Source: Pristiophorus japonicus (taxonomy: Eukaryota). Taken from it: a stretch of DNA of 64,000 nucleotides. The translations under genes were made by a program, and so were the position numbers. The notes beneath the pieces are model-generated. The model did not search any database. It was given only the letters and a program-made list of their open reading frames with translations, and was not told where the DNA came from. Within the stretch, counting starts at the first letter, position 1. Each line of letters opens with the position of its first letter. The stretch lies in NCBI RefSeq assembly GCF_044704955.1, contig NC_091999.1:21700001-21764000 (forward strand). Reading direction: 5' to 3'. Of this stretch, positions 1-12,063 are shown piece after piece.

Positions 1-330
1 GCAAGAGCACCTCAGCTCCTCCCACTCCCCCGCCCTGCAAATGTTTTTCTTTCAGATACTTATCCAACTCCCTTTTGAAAGCCATGATTGAGTCTGCCTC
101 CACCACCCTTTCAGGCCGTGCAATCCGGATATTAAACACTCACTATGCAAAAAGGTTTCTTCTTGTATCGCCTCTGGTTCTTTTGCCAATCACCTTAAAT
201 CTGTGTCCTCTGGTTCTCGACCCTTCTGCCAATGGGAACAGTATCTCTCGATCTACTCTGGCAAGACCACTCATGATTTTGAACACCTTGATCAAATGTC
301 CTCTCAATCTTCCCTGCTCTAAGGAGAACA
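1..330 (-). mobile_element. CR1-clade LINE 3' fragment
   Basis: Minus ORF 143..331 FSLEQGRLRGHLIKVFKIM...TRGHRFKV is the typical CR1 ORF2 C-terminus. Confidence 0.8.
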
Positions 331-957
331 CAAGAAATAAGAGCGGGAGTAGGCCATTTGGCCCCTCGAGTCTGCTCCATCATTCAATAAAATCATGGCT
401 GATCTGATCATGGACTCAACTCCAATTCACTTCCCCCTCGCTCCCATAAATCTTTACTCCCATATCGCTCAAAAAATCTGTCTATCTCCGCCTTAAATAT
501 ATTCAATGATCCAGCCTCCACAGCTTTCTGAGGCAGAGAATTCCACAGAATTAGAACCATCTGAGAGAAGAAATTGCCCCTCATCTCAGTTTTAAATGGG
601 CAACCCCTTATTCTGAAACTATGCACCCTAGTTCTAAATTCTCCTATGAGTGGAAATATCCTCTCTGCATCCACCTTGTCAAGCCCTCCAGTAAGTTTTA
701 AGTTTCAATAAGATCACCTCTCATTCTTCTGAACTTCAATGAGTATAGGTCCAAACTACTCAACCTTTCTTCATAAGTCAATGCCCTCATTTCAGGAATC
801 AACCTCGTAAATCTTCTCTGATCTGCCTCCAATGAAAGTATATCCTTCCTTAAATACAGAGACCAAAACTGTACGCAGTACTCCAGGTGTGGCCTCACCA
901 ATACCCTGTACAGTTGTAGCAGGACTTCTCTGCTTTTATACTCTATCCCCCTTGTAA
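331..957 (-). mobile_element. CR1 LINE 3' fragment (second subfamily)
   Basis: LVRPHLEYCVQFWS and RRMRGDLIET motifs plus the CR1 3' UTR seen in other copies in this window. Confidence 0.9.
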
Positions 958-1024
958 CCCCAGCTGCTCCTGTTTTGTACAGGTTCATCATACTATCCAT
1001 GCGTTTGTACTCTATACTTCTATT

Positions 1025-1165
1025 TGTAAACAGAGATACTGTCAAGTGTAGAATAAACAGGGACAGGGTCTAGTGTAATATAAACAGAGGCAGGGTCGAA
1101 TGTAATATAAACCGAGACTGGGTCATGTGTAATTATAAACAGTGACATGGTCTAGGGTAATATTT
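1025..1165 (-). repeat. Degenerate 27-bp tandem repeat (reverse complement of the 62-63.5 kb satellite)
   Basis: Units such as gtgtaatataaacagaggcagggtc are the reverse complement of TAGACCCTGTCTCTGTTTATATTACAC. Confidence 0.75.
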
Positions 1166-4100
1166 AAAATGACTCCTGGTGCCATGAACTAGTGAGTACA
1201 GAAATAGGAGGACAGAGCAGATGAATGCCTGGCTGGAGAGATGGTGCAGGAGGGAGGGCTTTAGATTCCTGATGCATTGGGACCACTTCTGGAGGGAGGT
1301 GGGACCAGTACAAGTCGGACGGGTTGCACCTCAACAGAGCCGGGACCAATATCCTCGTCCGGGGGCGGGGGGGGGGGGGGGTTTGTTAGTGCTGTTGGGG
1401 AGGGTTTAAACTAGCTTGGCAGGGGATTGGAACCTGAGAATAGTTTCAGTTGGGAGGGAAGTAAAGCTGGAATTAGAAAGCAAAAATGTAGAAAGTGAGT
1501 TGGAAGGACGGAGGAAAAAAACAGGAAAAACAGGTAAAAAAACAAATTTAAAAGCTCTTTGTCGAAACGCACATAACATTTGTAACAAAATAGATGAGTT
1601 GACGGCACAAATACATACAAATGGGTACGATCTGATACCGATTACAGAGACGTGGTTGCAAGGTGACCAGGACTGGGAACTAAATATTCAGGGATATTTG
1701 ACAATTCGGAAGGATAGACAGAAAGGAAAAGGAGATGGGGTAGCTCTGTTAATAAAGGATGAGATCAGTGCGTTAGTGAGAAACGATATTTGCTCAGAGG
1801 ATCAAGATATTGAATCAGTTTGGGTGGAGATGGGGAATAATAAAGGGAAAGTCACTGGTGGGCAGAGTCTATAGGCCCCTAACAGTAGCTACACTGTTGG
1901 ACGGAGTATAAATCAAGAAATAATGGAGGCTTGTAATAAAGGAATGGCAATAATTATGGGTGATTTTAAACTTCATATTTATTGGACAAAGCAAATTGGC
2001 CAGGGTAGCCTTGTGGAGGAGTCCATAGAGTGTATCTGGGATAGTTTCCTTGAACAGTATGTTGTGGAACCAACCAGGGAGCAGGCTATCTTAGATCTAG
2101 TACTGCGTAATGAGGCAGGATTAATAAATGATCTGGTACTAAAAGATCCTCTCGGAATGAGTGACCATAATATGGTTGAATTTCAAATTCAACCATATTA
2201 TGGTTGGTGAGAAAGTTGGTTCTCAAACCAGGGTCCCAAGCTGAAATAAAGGAGACTACAATGGTATGAGGGCAGAGTTGGCTAAAGTGGACTGGGAAAA
2301 TAGATTAAAGAATGGGATGGTTGATGAGCAGTGGCAGACATTTAAGGAGATATTTCATAACCTGCAAGAAAAATATATCCCAATGAGAAGCAAAGACTGT
2401 AAGAGACAGGATAACCATCCGTGGCTAACTAAGGAAATAAAGGAGGTATCAAATTGAAAACAAAGGCATACAGTGTGGCCAAGTCTAGTGGGAGGCCAGA
2501 GGTTTATGACATTTTTAAAAGCCAGCAGAGAACGGCTAAAAAAATGATTGAGAGGGAAGATAGATTATGAAAGAAAACTAGCACAAAATATAAAAACAGA
2601 TATTAAGAGTCCTTCATGGTAAAAACATCCCATCAGTGGATAAGCGAGGGGCTATAGATAGGGAGGAACGCAATACAATCACGATCACTAATGACGTAGT
2701 ACTAGGTAAAATAATAGGACTAAAGGCAGACAAGTCCCCTGGACCTGATGGCTTGCATCCTAGGGTCTTAAGAGAAGTGGCTGCAGAGATAGTGGATGCA
2801 CTGGTTGTAATCTACCAAAATTCCCTGGATTCTAGGGCGGTCCCAACAGATTGGAAAACCGCAAATGTAACGTGCCTATTTGAAAAAGGAAGCAGACAAA
2901 AAGCAGGACAATTTAGACCAGTTAGTCTAACATCTGTCATTGGGAAAATGCTGGAGTCCATTATTAAGGAAGCAGTAGCAGGACATTTGGAAAAGCATGA
3001 TTCAATCAAGCAGATTCAACATGGTTTTATGAAAGGGAAATCATGTTTGACAAATTCGCTGGAGTACTTTGAGGATGTAACGAGCAGGGTGGATAAGGGG
3101 GAAGCAGTGGGTGTGGTGTATTTGGATTTCCAGAAGGCATTCGATAAGGTGCCACATAAGAGGTTACTGCACAAGATAAAAGCTCACAGGGTTGGAGGTT
3201 ATGTATTAATGTGGATAGAGGATTGGAAAACCAACAGAATGTCTGGATAAATGGTCATTTTCCAGATGGCAAACATGACTAGTGGAGTGCCGCAGGGATC
3301 GGTGTTGGGTCTTCAACTAATTACAATCCATAATAATGACTTGGATGAAGGGACCGAGTTTGCTGTTGTTACAAAAATTGTGCGGAGGACACAAAAAATC
3401 TGCAAAGGGATATAGCCAGGTTAAGTGAGAGGGCAAACATTTGGCAGATGGAGTATAATGTGGGAAAATATGAAGTTATCCACTTTGGCAGAAATAATAG
3501 AAAAGCAAATTATAATTTAAATGGAGAAAAATTGCAAAGAGCTGCATTACAGAGAGACTTGGGGGTCTTGTGCATGAAACACAAAAAGTTAGTATGCAGG
3601 TACGGCAAGTAATCAGGAAGGCAAATGGAATGTTGGCCTGTATTGCAAGGGGGATAGAGTATAAAAGCAGAGAAGTCCTGCTGCAACTGTAAAGAGTATT
3701 GGTGAGGCCACACCTGGAGCACTGCGTACAGCTTTGGTCTCCGTATTGAAGGAAGGATAAACTTGCATTGAAGGCTGTTCAGAGAAGGTTCACTAGGTTG
3801 ATTCCGGAGATGGGGGGTTGACTTCTGAGGATAGGCTGAGTAGGTTGGGCCTATACACATTGGAGTTTCGAAGAATGAGAGGTGATCTTATTGAAACTTA
3901 ATGATAATGAGGGGACTCGCTAAGGTGGATGCAGAGAGGATATTTCCACTCATAGGGGAAACTAAAACTAGGGGGACATAGTCTCAGAATAAGGAGCCGC
4001 CCATTTAAAAGTGAGATGAGGAGGAATTTCCTCTCTGAGGGTGGCAAATCCCTGGAATTCTCTGACCCAAAGAGCTGTGCAAGCAGAGTCATTGAATAAT

Positions 4101-4265
4101 TTAAGGTGGAGATAGACACAATTTTGAACGATAAGGGAATAAAGGGTTATGGGGAGAGGGCAGGGAAGTGGAGCCGAGTCCATGATCAGATCAGCCATGA
4201 TCTTATTGAATGGGGAGCAGGTTCGAGGGGCCAAATGGCCTGCACCTGCTCCTATTTCTTATCTT
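1166..4265 (+). mobile_element. CR1 LINE, 5'-truncated in ORF1, degenerate (esterase end, APE, RT, 3' UTR)
   Basis: NAWLERWCRREGFRFL (ORF1 esterase end); ITETWL, MGDF and SDHN (APE); KSPGPDG, RPVSLTS, QHGF and YLDFQKAFDKVPH (RT); frameshifts and an internal deletion near 2620. Confidence 0.95.
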
Positions 4266-4299
4266 ATAGACTGTTTTTCCTCCACTCCCAATTTTCACC

Positions 4300-5030
4300 A
4301 CCAATTCTGGCTGCGTTCAGTTCGACACTCACTGGCTCCCCTCCATCTCCTTCCCTGAAAGTGCTGGCTCATGGCTGGGTTCAGTTCTACACTAACTGGT
4401 TCTCCTCACTTCCTTCAAGATGCTGACTGTAGCTGGGAACAGTTCCACACACACTGGTTCCCCTCTCCTCCCCTGAAGACTCTGGTTCTGTCTGGGTTCA
4501 GTTCCAAACTCACTGGTTCCCCTAGCTCACCTCCGCTGATGGTGCTGACCGTGGCTGGGTTCAGTTCTGCACTCACTTGTTCCCCTCCCTCTCATTACCA
4601 GAGGGTGTTGGCTGGCTGGGTTCAGTTCCACACTCACTGGTTCCACTAGCTCACCTCCCCTGAAGGTGCTGACTCTGCCTGGGTTCAGTTCGACACTCAC
4701 TGGTTCCCCTCCTCCCCTGAAGGTGCTGACTCTGGCTGGGTTTAGTTCTGCACTCACTGCATCCCCTCCCCTGAAGGTGCTGACTCTGGTTGGGTTCAGT
4801 TCTACACTCACTGGTTCCCCTCCTCCCCTGAAGGTGCTGACTCTGGCTGGGTTTAGTTCTGCACTCACTGCATCCCCTCCCCTGAAGGTGCTGACTCTGG
4901 TTGGGTTCAGTTCTACACTCACTGGTTCCCCTCTCCTTAAGGTGCTGACTCTGGCTGCGTTCAGTTCTGCACTCACTGGTTCCCCTCCCCTGAAGGTACT
5001 GACTCTGTTTGGGTGCATTTCCAGACACTG
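4300..5030 (-). repeat. 54/57-bp minisatellite of the ZNF cassette (cassette sense is minus)
   Basis: Unit CTACACTCACTGGTTCCCCTCCCCTGAAGGTGCTGACTCTGGCTGGGTTCAGTT; an 18-aa periodicity is visible in overlapping ORFs. Confidence 0.95.
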
Positions 5031-5415
5031 ACATCATTCACTTTGTTCCGACACCAAGATATCAGCGAATGCGCTATGCTACTCACTGAACCAAGATGGC
5101 GGAGCGATGAATCTGCCTTCCTGTACGAAGATGGCCGCCGTTAGCCTGGGCCTGTGACCGGGAGAGCGACCCGAAGCTGCAACCGCTGATATTCCGGTTA
5201 TTATTCCGGGCTTGCGGCGGGCACCGGATGTTTATGAAGCCTCGCCGGCTCCCCGCTGGTCCATTATTCTGCTCCGTCCCGCTGAAAAGGATACTTCTAA
5301 GGAGCCTGTCCAAACCGTGTCTCCTCCGCCATTACACGCACCGCGCATGCTCCAAACAAGCTCCTGTAGTCTGGATGCGGCACATTCTTCCGCGCGGGGC
5401 ATGCTGGCGACATGA
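5031..5415 (-). promoter_or_regulatory. CpG-rich promoter/first-exon region of ZNF cassette A
   Basis: CpG-dense; YY1-type AAGATGGCGG (~5093) and AAGATGGCCG (~5128); NRF1-like GCGCATGC (~5343); inverted homolog of 18612-19005. Confidence 0.65.
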
Positions 5416-5417
5416 GA

Positions 5418-5685
5418 CCATGAGAAATTGGAGCAGGAGTGGGCAACCCGGACCCCCGAGCCTGCTCCCCATTCAATAAGATCATGGCTGGTCTGATCAT
5501 AGACTCAGCTCCACTTCTCTGCCCGCTCCCCAGAACCCTATACTCCATTATCGCTCAAAAATATGGCTATCTCCGCCTTAAATATATTCAATGACCCAGT
5601 CTCCACTGCTCTCTGGGGCAGAGAATTCCAAAGATTTACAACCCTCTGAGAGAAGACATTTCTCCTTATCTCAGTTTTGAATGGG
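5418..5685 (-). mobile_element. CR1 3' tail fragment
   Basis: FKTEIRRNVFSQRVVNLWNSLP plus the CR1 3' UTR. Confidence 0.85.
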
Positions 5686-5734
5686 CTGAGGAGAAAGGCT
5701 GCATTTGTAAATAGAACAGGATTTACTGTGATTG

Positions 5735-5945
5735 CATTGGGCACTGAAACATGTTCACTCTGGCAGCTATACTTTGTTTCTGATGATTTTAATAACCCCT
5801 ATACCTGAGCTGGAGATTAATATTGTGTATAAATGTTGAATAAATTATCTTTATTTCAAACAAAGTGTGTCGAATATTTGATTCCTCCATGATCAGAGGA
5901 GACTAATTGATGTTCTGTTACTGACTGTTCCATTTTAGTGCTTTT
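5735..5945 (+). pseudogene. Orphan ZNF-cassette 3' UTR remnant
   Basis: Similar to 22600-22690 and 26065-26240 (ctgaaacatgttca...gctggag.ttaatatt...gtgtgtcga...ctaattgatg); AATAAA near 5838. Confidence 0.55.
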
Positions 5946-6224
5946 TCTTAATCTAACTTATGTCATTTATCATCTAGTTCACCTTCTATCAAACTCCAAA
6001 CTTGTTCCATTTGAGTACGAATTGTAGTTGTAGTAGACTTAACTGCAGTGTGTCAGTTTAAACTCAACTGAAATCCTTTGAACCACCCCTTTATTGAACC
6101 ATCTTGCATAAGGTTCGAAATCCGTTACTTTCTGTAACCCGTTTTTGTAACCGATTGAATTTTACAAACTCATCCACACATTTTGCACATGATAGCCTGT
6201 CAAATATTCTGATATTTGTACTTG

Positions 6225-6825
6225 TCATTGCCACAAACTCCGTTCCCTAGCCACAGACTCCGTCCCTCTCCTCAACTTCTGTCTGAGCCTGAACCAGACT
6301 TTTTGCAACCTTGGTGTCATACATAATCCTGAAATAGGTTTTTTAACCAGATACCCACGGCATAATTAAGACTGCCTATTTCCATCTCTGTAACATCATC
6401 CATCTCCGCTCTTGCCTCAGCTCATCCACTGCTGAAGCCCTCATCCATGCTTTTGTTACTTCTGGACTTGACTATTCCAATGCACTCCTCCCACATTCGA
6501 CTCTACATAAACTAGAGTTAATCAAAAATTCTGCTGCCCATGCCCTAACTCGCACCAAGTCGAGCTCCCCACCACCCCTGTCCTCACTGACCTACATTGG
6601 CTTCTAGTTAAGCAACGCCTTGATTTAAAAATTCTAATATTTTCAAACCCCTAAATTGCCTCGCCCCGCTCTAGCTCTGTAAATTCCTCCAGCCCCACAA
6701 CCACCATCCTGCCCCCCACCCATGAGATATCTGTCTTCCTGAGCATCCCTGATTATAATTGGTGACTGTGCCTCCTGTTGCCCAGGTCCCAAGTCCTGGA
6801 AAACCGAGCCTAAACCTTTCTGTCG
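6225..6825 (+). mobile_element. L2-clade LINE 3' fragment
   Basis: gctgaagccctcatccatgcttttgttacttctggacttgactattccaat encodes an AEALIHAFVTSxLDYSN L2 ORF2 motif; LHWL motif follows. Confidence 0.75.
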
Positions 6826-7210
6826 AACCCATGCTGTACCTGCTCTGGCAGTTTTTGATGGGATAGTGTAGAGCAAGCTTTTCTCTCTTATCTAATCCGT
6901 GCTGTATCTTCCCTCGGAGTGTTTGATGGGACAGTGTAGAGTGAGCTTTACTCTGTATCTAACTCGTGCTGTACCTGCGATGGGAGTGTTTGATGGATCA
7001 GTCGATGGAGAGCTTCACTCTCTGACTAACCCGTGCTGTGTCTGTTGTGCGACTGTTTGATCGGACGGCGTAGAGGGAGATTAACTCTGTATCTAACCTA
7101 TGCTGTACCTACCCTGGGAGTGTTTGGGACAGGCTAGAGTGAGATTTAACCTTTAATAACCCACGCTGTACCGACATGGGAATGTCTGGTGAGACAGTGT
7201 GGAGGGATTT
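6826..7210 (-). repeat. 67-bp satellite, about 6 units
   Basis: Reverse complement of GTACAGCACGGGTTAGATACAGAGTAAAGCTCCCTCTACACTGTCCCATCAAACACTCCCAGGGCAG. Confidence 0.9.
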
Positions 7211-7214
7211 GTTG

Positions 7215-7660
7215 GTGGGCTCCGCTCGCAGACTTTGAGCTCGGAGCCCATGTGAGGCGGGGCGGAGTTGTGCGCAGGCGCGGGGCCAGCCTATTGTGGG
7301 AGATTAGCTGTAGACGGACGACGTTTTGCCCCCACCCCCGCGGAGATTGGATGAGCAGCCCGGGCAGTGCGCCCAGGCTGCCTGAGGACTCACGGACACG
7401 AGCGTGCGGTGAGATTTGGGTGGCGGCTGTGGGGCGCCTTCGGGCAGGGACGGGCCTTGGTTATTGTCGGGGGTTGCCGGGAGTTCGGCCGCCAGCTTTG
7501 GGCAGCACGGGTCCGCCCGCCACGGGGAGCAGGGAGCAACAGGGGCGGGGCTTCCTCGACATCACAATATTTCCATTGTCCCACTGCAAGGCAGGGAGCA
7601 TGCGTGGCGGCCGCCTTACTGCAGGAAGCAGGTGCAGGATGGGGACCAGTGCCATGAATA
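7215..7660 (+). promoter_or_regulatory. CpG-island-like promoter/first-exon candidate
   Basis: GC box GGGGCGGAG (~7259), NRF1-type TGCGCAGGCGC (~7271), possible donor cg|GTGAGA (~7409). Confidence 0.45.
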
Positions 7661-7772
7661 CATGAGAATATCAGAAATAGGAGATGAGTCGGCCCTTTGG
7701 CCCCTCGAGCCTGCCGCCATTCAATAAGATGATGGCTGCAGCATCTGGGGTGGTTCTCATTGGAGCAATGAA

Positions 7773-7930
7773 ACTCTTTTGAGTTTACCTGAAAAAAAAC
7801 ATCAACATTAAACCGTGCCACCCACCTGGGTGACACAGCAGACATTTTCAAGGCACCTTTTTTTTTTCCTTTTTATGTGTTTTTTTTTGTTTTTCTTTTT
7901 TTTTGGTTTTTTTTTGGGCGCTAAAATTCC
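7773..7930 (-). mobile_element. Short 5'-truncated Tx1 copy (3' UTR only), in tandem with the long copy
   Basis: Repeats the terminal 3' UTR of the adjacent element; flanked by a 13-bp direct repeat TTGGAGCAATGAA at 7760-7772 and 7931-7943. Confidence 0.85.
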
Positions 7931-8156
7931 TTGGAGCAATGAAAGTCTTTTTGAGTTTATCTGTGAACATAAAAAGGCATTAAACCGTGCCACCCGCCCT
8001 GGATGACACAGCAGACATTTACAAGGCCATTTTGTTTCTTTTTCTTGGTTTTTTTTTGGGGCGCAAAAATCAAATTTTTCCAGTGCCCCCTATAACAGGG
8101 GAGGGGGACACTAAAAGCACCGGCAATTAAAATAAATGAAACTTTAAAACGTAAAA

Positions 8157-11100
8157 TCAAATTAAAATTTGGTTGCCGGGCGTGATGATGCACTCCAGTC
8201 CCTCCGGTGCCCACCTCTCGCGGAAGGCCGCGAGCGTACCGGTGGACACCGCGTGCTCCATCTCCAAGGACACCCTGGACCGGATGTAAGAGCGGAAGAG
8301 AGGCAGGCAGTCAGGTTGAATGACCCCCTCGACCGCCCGCTGCCTGGACCGACTGATGGCACCTTTGGCCGTGCCCAGGAGCAGTCCTACGAGGAGGCCT
8401 TCGGACCTACACGCACCCCTCCACACAGGGTGCCCAAAGATCAGGAGAGTGGGACTGAAGTGCAGCCAGAATTTCAGGAGCAGCCCCTTCAAATAATGGA
8501 ACAGGGGCTGCAACCTTGTGCACTCAATAAAAACATGGAAAACGGACTCCTCCAGACCGCAGAAATTGCAGGCGGACTGGGAGTCCTTGAACCGGCTTAA
8601 AAATTTATTGCACGGCACTGCTCCATGCACCACCCTCCAGGCCAAGTCCCCGATGAATAATGGGAGGACGCCTGCGTAGAGTGCCCTCCATCGGGGACCC
8701 CCGCCTCCTCCGGATGGCAGGATGGTACGCCATGGCGTGTCCGGACGGCAGGTGAGGATGGCAAAGTTGAGACTGTGCAGGAGCAGCCCATACAGGAAAC
8801 CCCTCCGCGCGGAACTGAAAGGTACGGAGGGGATTTCCCCGAGGCGGCTCAAGTTGTGAGGCGCCGGACCCCGAGGGAGGTTCCGGGTTTTGGCGCCGAT
8901 GAGGAATTCCGTCCGGACGGGGGTCAGTTCGGACGGGATCTCCCCACGTGCTTGAGCCTCCTCGATGCACCTAACGGAGTCAGGGCCCAAAGCTGTTTAT
9001 AGCGACTCGATGGCTTCCGCCGCGTGGCGGACGTCGGCTGAATTTAGGCGCTGCGCCAGATTGTCTGGCGCCATCCAGCCCGCTCCTCCGCCATCGAGCA
9101 GGTCCCTGAACCTGGTCACCTCACCAGCCACAGCCCTCTCTTCCGACCGCCACATAAAACCTCGGTCGTGGAGGTACGGATTCCCGAGCAGCGGCTCCTG
9201 CAGGACGGCCGCCACTCCAGCCGGCGGAGAGCTGCGCTTGGTGGAGACTTTGTTCCAGGCACTGATGAGTTCCTTGTAAAAGACAGGCAGCTCCCGGAGG
9301 GCGGTCCTGGCACTCCCCAAGTTCACAAACAGGAGCTGCGTGTCATAATTGAGGTCGCGCTGCTGGCGGAAGAAATACGTCGCCAGAGCACACCACCTAG
9401 GAGGGGGCTCGACGTAAAGGTATCTCTGCAGGGTCTGAAGACGGAAAGTCGCGAGCTGGGCGCTGACGCACACCAACGACTAACCGCCCTCCTCAAGCGG
9501 GAGACTCAAGACTGCTGCAGAGATCCAGTGCTTCCTGTTGTTCCAGAAGAAGTCCACCAGCTTCTTCTGTATTTTGGCGACAAATGCAGGGGGAGGGGTC
9601 AAAGTGACCAGCCGGTACCACAACATTGCGGCCACCAGCTGGTTTATGACTAGCGCTCGACCCCTGTAGGACAGCACTCGGAGCAGTCCTGTCCAGCGCC
9701 CTAGTCGAGCGTCGACCTTGGCCTCCAGCTCCTGCCAGTTCGCCGGCCAGGCTCTCTCGTCGGGGCTAAGGTAAACTCCCAGATAGAGGAGATGGGTCGT
9801 GTTCCAGGCAAAAGGCCTGAGCTCCTCCGGCAGGGAGTCCACCCGCCACTGACCCACCAGGAGTCCGGAACATTTCTCCCAGTTGATTCTGGCGGAGGAT
9901 GTGGCCGAGTAAATCTCTTGGCACTCACGCATCCTCCGCAGGTCAGCGGGATCCTCTATCGCGAGGAGCACGTCATCGGCGTAAGCCGAGAGGACGACCC
10001 CCACACCCGGCCCTTGCAGAGCCAGTACTGTCAACCTCGATCGCAAGAGGCGCAGGAAAGGCTCCACGCAAACGGCGTATAACTGGCCGGACATTGGGCA
10101 TCCCTGGCGCACCCCTCTCCTAAAGCGAAGTGGCGCCATCAAGGATCCGTTAACCTTAATCAGACACTCCGCGGCGGCAGACAAAAGTCGGATCCGGGCG
10201 ACGAAATGCGTCCCGAACCCGAAAACGCACAGAGTTCCGAGCAGATAGTCATGATCCACCCTGCCGAACGCCTTCACTTGGTCGAGGGATAGGAAGGCGA
10301 CCGACAGACCAGCCTACTAGGAACAATGGATGAGGTCCCGGACCAGATGGATGTTATCGTGGATTGTCCGGCCCGCGTCCGTGTAGGACTGGTCGGGGTG
10401 GATCCTGTGGTCCAGCAGACATTGCCCTGGCGAAGATTTTGTAGTCCGTGCTGAGGAGGGAGACCGGGCGCCAGTTCTTAAGGAGGCGGAGATCGCCCTT
10501 CTTCGGCAGCAAGACGATGACTGCCCTGCGCCAAGAGAGGGGCATCTCCCCGGTCGCCAGACTTTCCCCCAGGACCCGCGCGTAGTCGCTCCCCAGGGCG
10601 TCCCAGAACGCCCTGTGGAACTCCACGGTCAGCCCGTCCAGCCCCGGGGATTTTCCCCTCGAGAGCCGGTCCAGGGCACCGGTCAGTTCCGCCAGGCTTA
10701 GCGGAGCTTCCAAATTTTCGGCGCCCTCCGGGCTGACCTTCGGCAGGTCCTCCCACAAAACTCTACGCGCTTCCTCGCTGGACGGATCCGGAGAGAACAG
10801 AGCCCCGTAATATTCACGGGCCCTGTTGTTGACGCCCTCCGGATCCGAGACGAGAGAGCCGTCGTTGGCCAGCAGCGTCAAGAGCTGCTTACGGACACTC
10901 TGCCTTTTATCCAGCGAGTAGAAGAAGGGGGAGCCATGGTCCAGATCCCGCAGGAACCGGATCCGCGACCTCACGAACGCGCCTCGGGACCCAACGAGTT
11001 GCAGGTCCTTCAGCGCGGCCTTCTTCGCTTCGTACACCGTCCGCAGGGCCGGGTCCTGGACGACTTGACCGAGACGGGCTTCCAGGTCGAGCACCTCTTT

Positions 11101-12038
11101 TTCTAGGCGCCCGACCCTGGCCGCCCGCCTCTTGGTCGAAATCCTCGCGTACCTTTGACAGCAGACGCGGACGTGAGCCTTGCCCACGTCCCACCACAGC
11201 CTCAAGGAGGGGAAGCCCCCCTGCTTCCTTCTCCAGTCGGAGCAGAATCGACGGAACGAGTCCTGGAACCGCACGTCCTCCAGCAGCCGGTTGTTAATGT
11301 GCCAGTACGCGGACCCCGTCCTCGCACGGAGCGAAGCGAGCTCCGCCCACATCAGGTGGTGGTCCGAACACGGCACCGGCCGCATGGAGGCCGCCGGGAC
11401 GCAGGAAACATACGCCCGAGACACGTAAAGGCGGTTGACTCTGGACCATCCTACTCCAGGCCTCACCCAAGTAAAGGCGCTGGAGTCGGGGTGGAGATTT
11501 CGCTACGTCCACCAAGTCGAAGGACCCGACCAGCTCCCTCAACTTCTCCATCGCTGTCATGCACTGCGGGGCACCGGAGCCGTTCCTCGCCTCGAGGGTG
11601 CAGTTAAAATCCCCCCCGAGGACAATGCAGTCGCCGACATCGACGGAGCCAAGAAGAGCGGACACCTCTTCAAAGAAGCACGTTGGCTGCGGGCCGGGCT
11701 GAGGGGCGTACATGTTCACGAGATGGAGCGGCACGTCCCCCAGGCGAACCGTTACGTGCAGCAAGCGGCCTGGCACGGGCTCCTTGACCCCCAAGATCTC
11801 CGGTTGAAAATGCGGGCCCAGCAAGATGGCCACCCCACTAGAAATGGCGGTGAGGTGGCTCATGCGGACCTCTCCTTGCCATTTCAGGAGCCACGTGGCT
11901 TCGTCTCCCGGAACGGTGTGGGATTCTTGCAGGAAGCACACCGCATATTTCCCCTCCCGCAGGAGCGAAAAATTGTCAAATCTATGGCGTGCCCCTCTGC
12001 CGCCGTTGATGTTGAGGCTGACTATGGTTATCTTCATG
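8157..12038 (-). pseudogene. Tx1 ORF2 (APE endonuclease-RT-C-terminal Cys domain), frameshifted
   Basis: SLNING, CFLQESH, LGGDFN, SDH; KSPGLDG, NWRPVSLLSTDYKI, GVRQGCPMS, SAYADDV, YLGV; CNFCGLEESVFHVFIEC; split across 5 ORFs. Confidence 0.92.
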
Positions 12039-12063
12039 GCAAAAGCATAGTGCAACCTCTACC

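Noticed and set aside
1361-1382. Poly-G tracts as functional G-quadruplexes (also 14642-14658 and 27338-27360)
   Set aside because: Simple homopolymer expansions within or next to repeats; no supporting evidence.
7740-7790. U2 snRNA, tRNA or histone stem-loop as the Tx1 target
   Set aside because: The flanks do not match U2 or a tRNA. AAACTC-TTTT-GAGTTT has 6+4 geometry but lacks the histone GGCYCT stem and is on the antisense strand.
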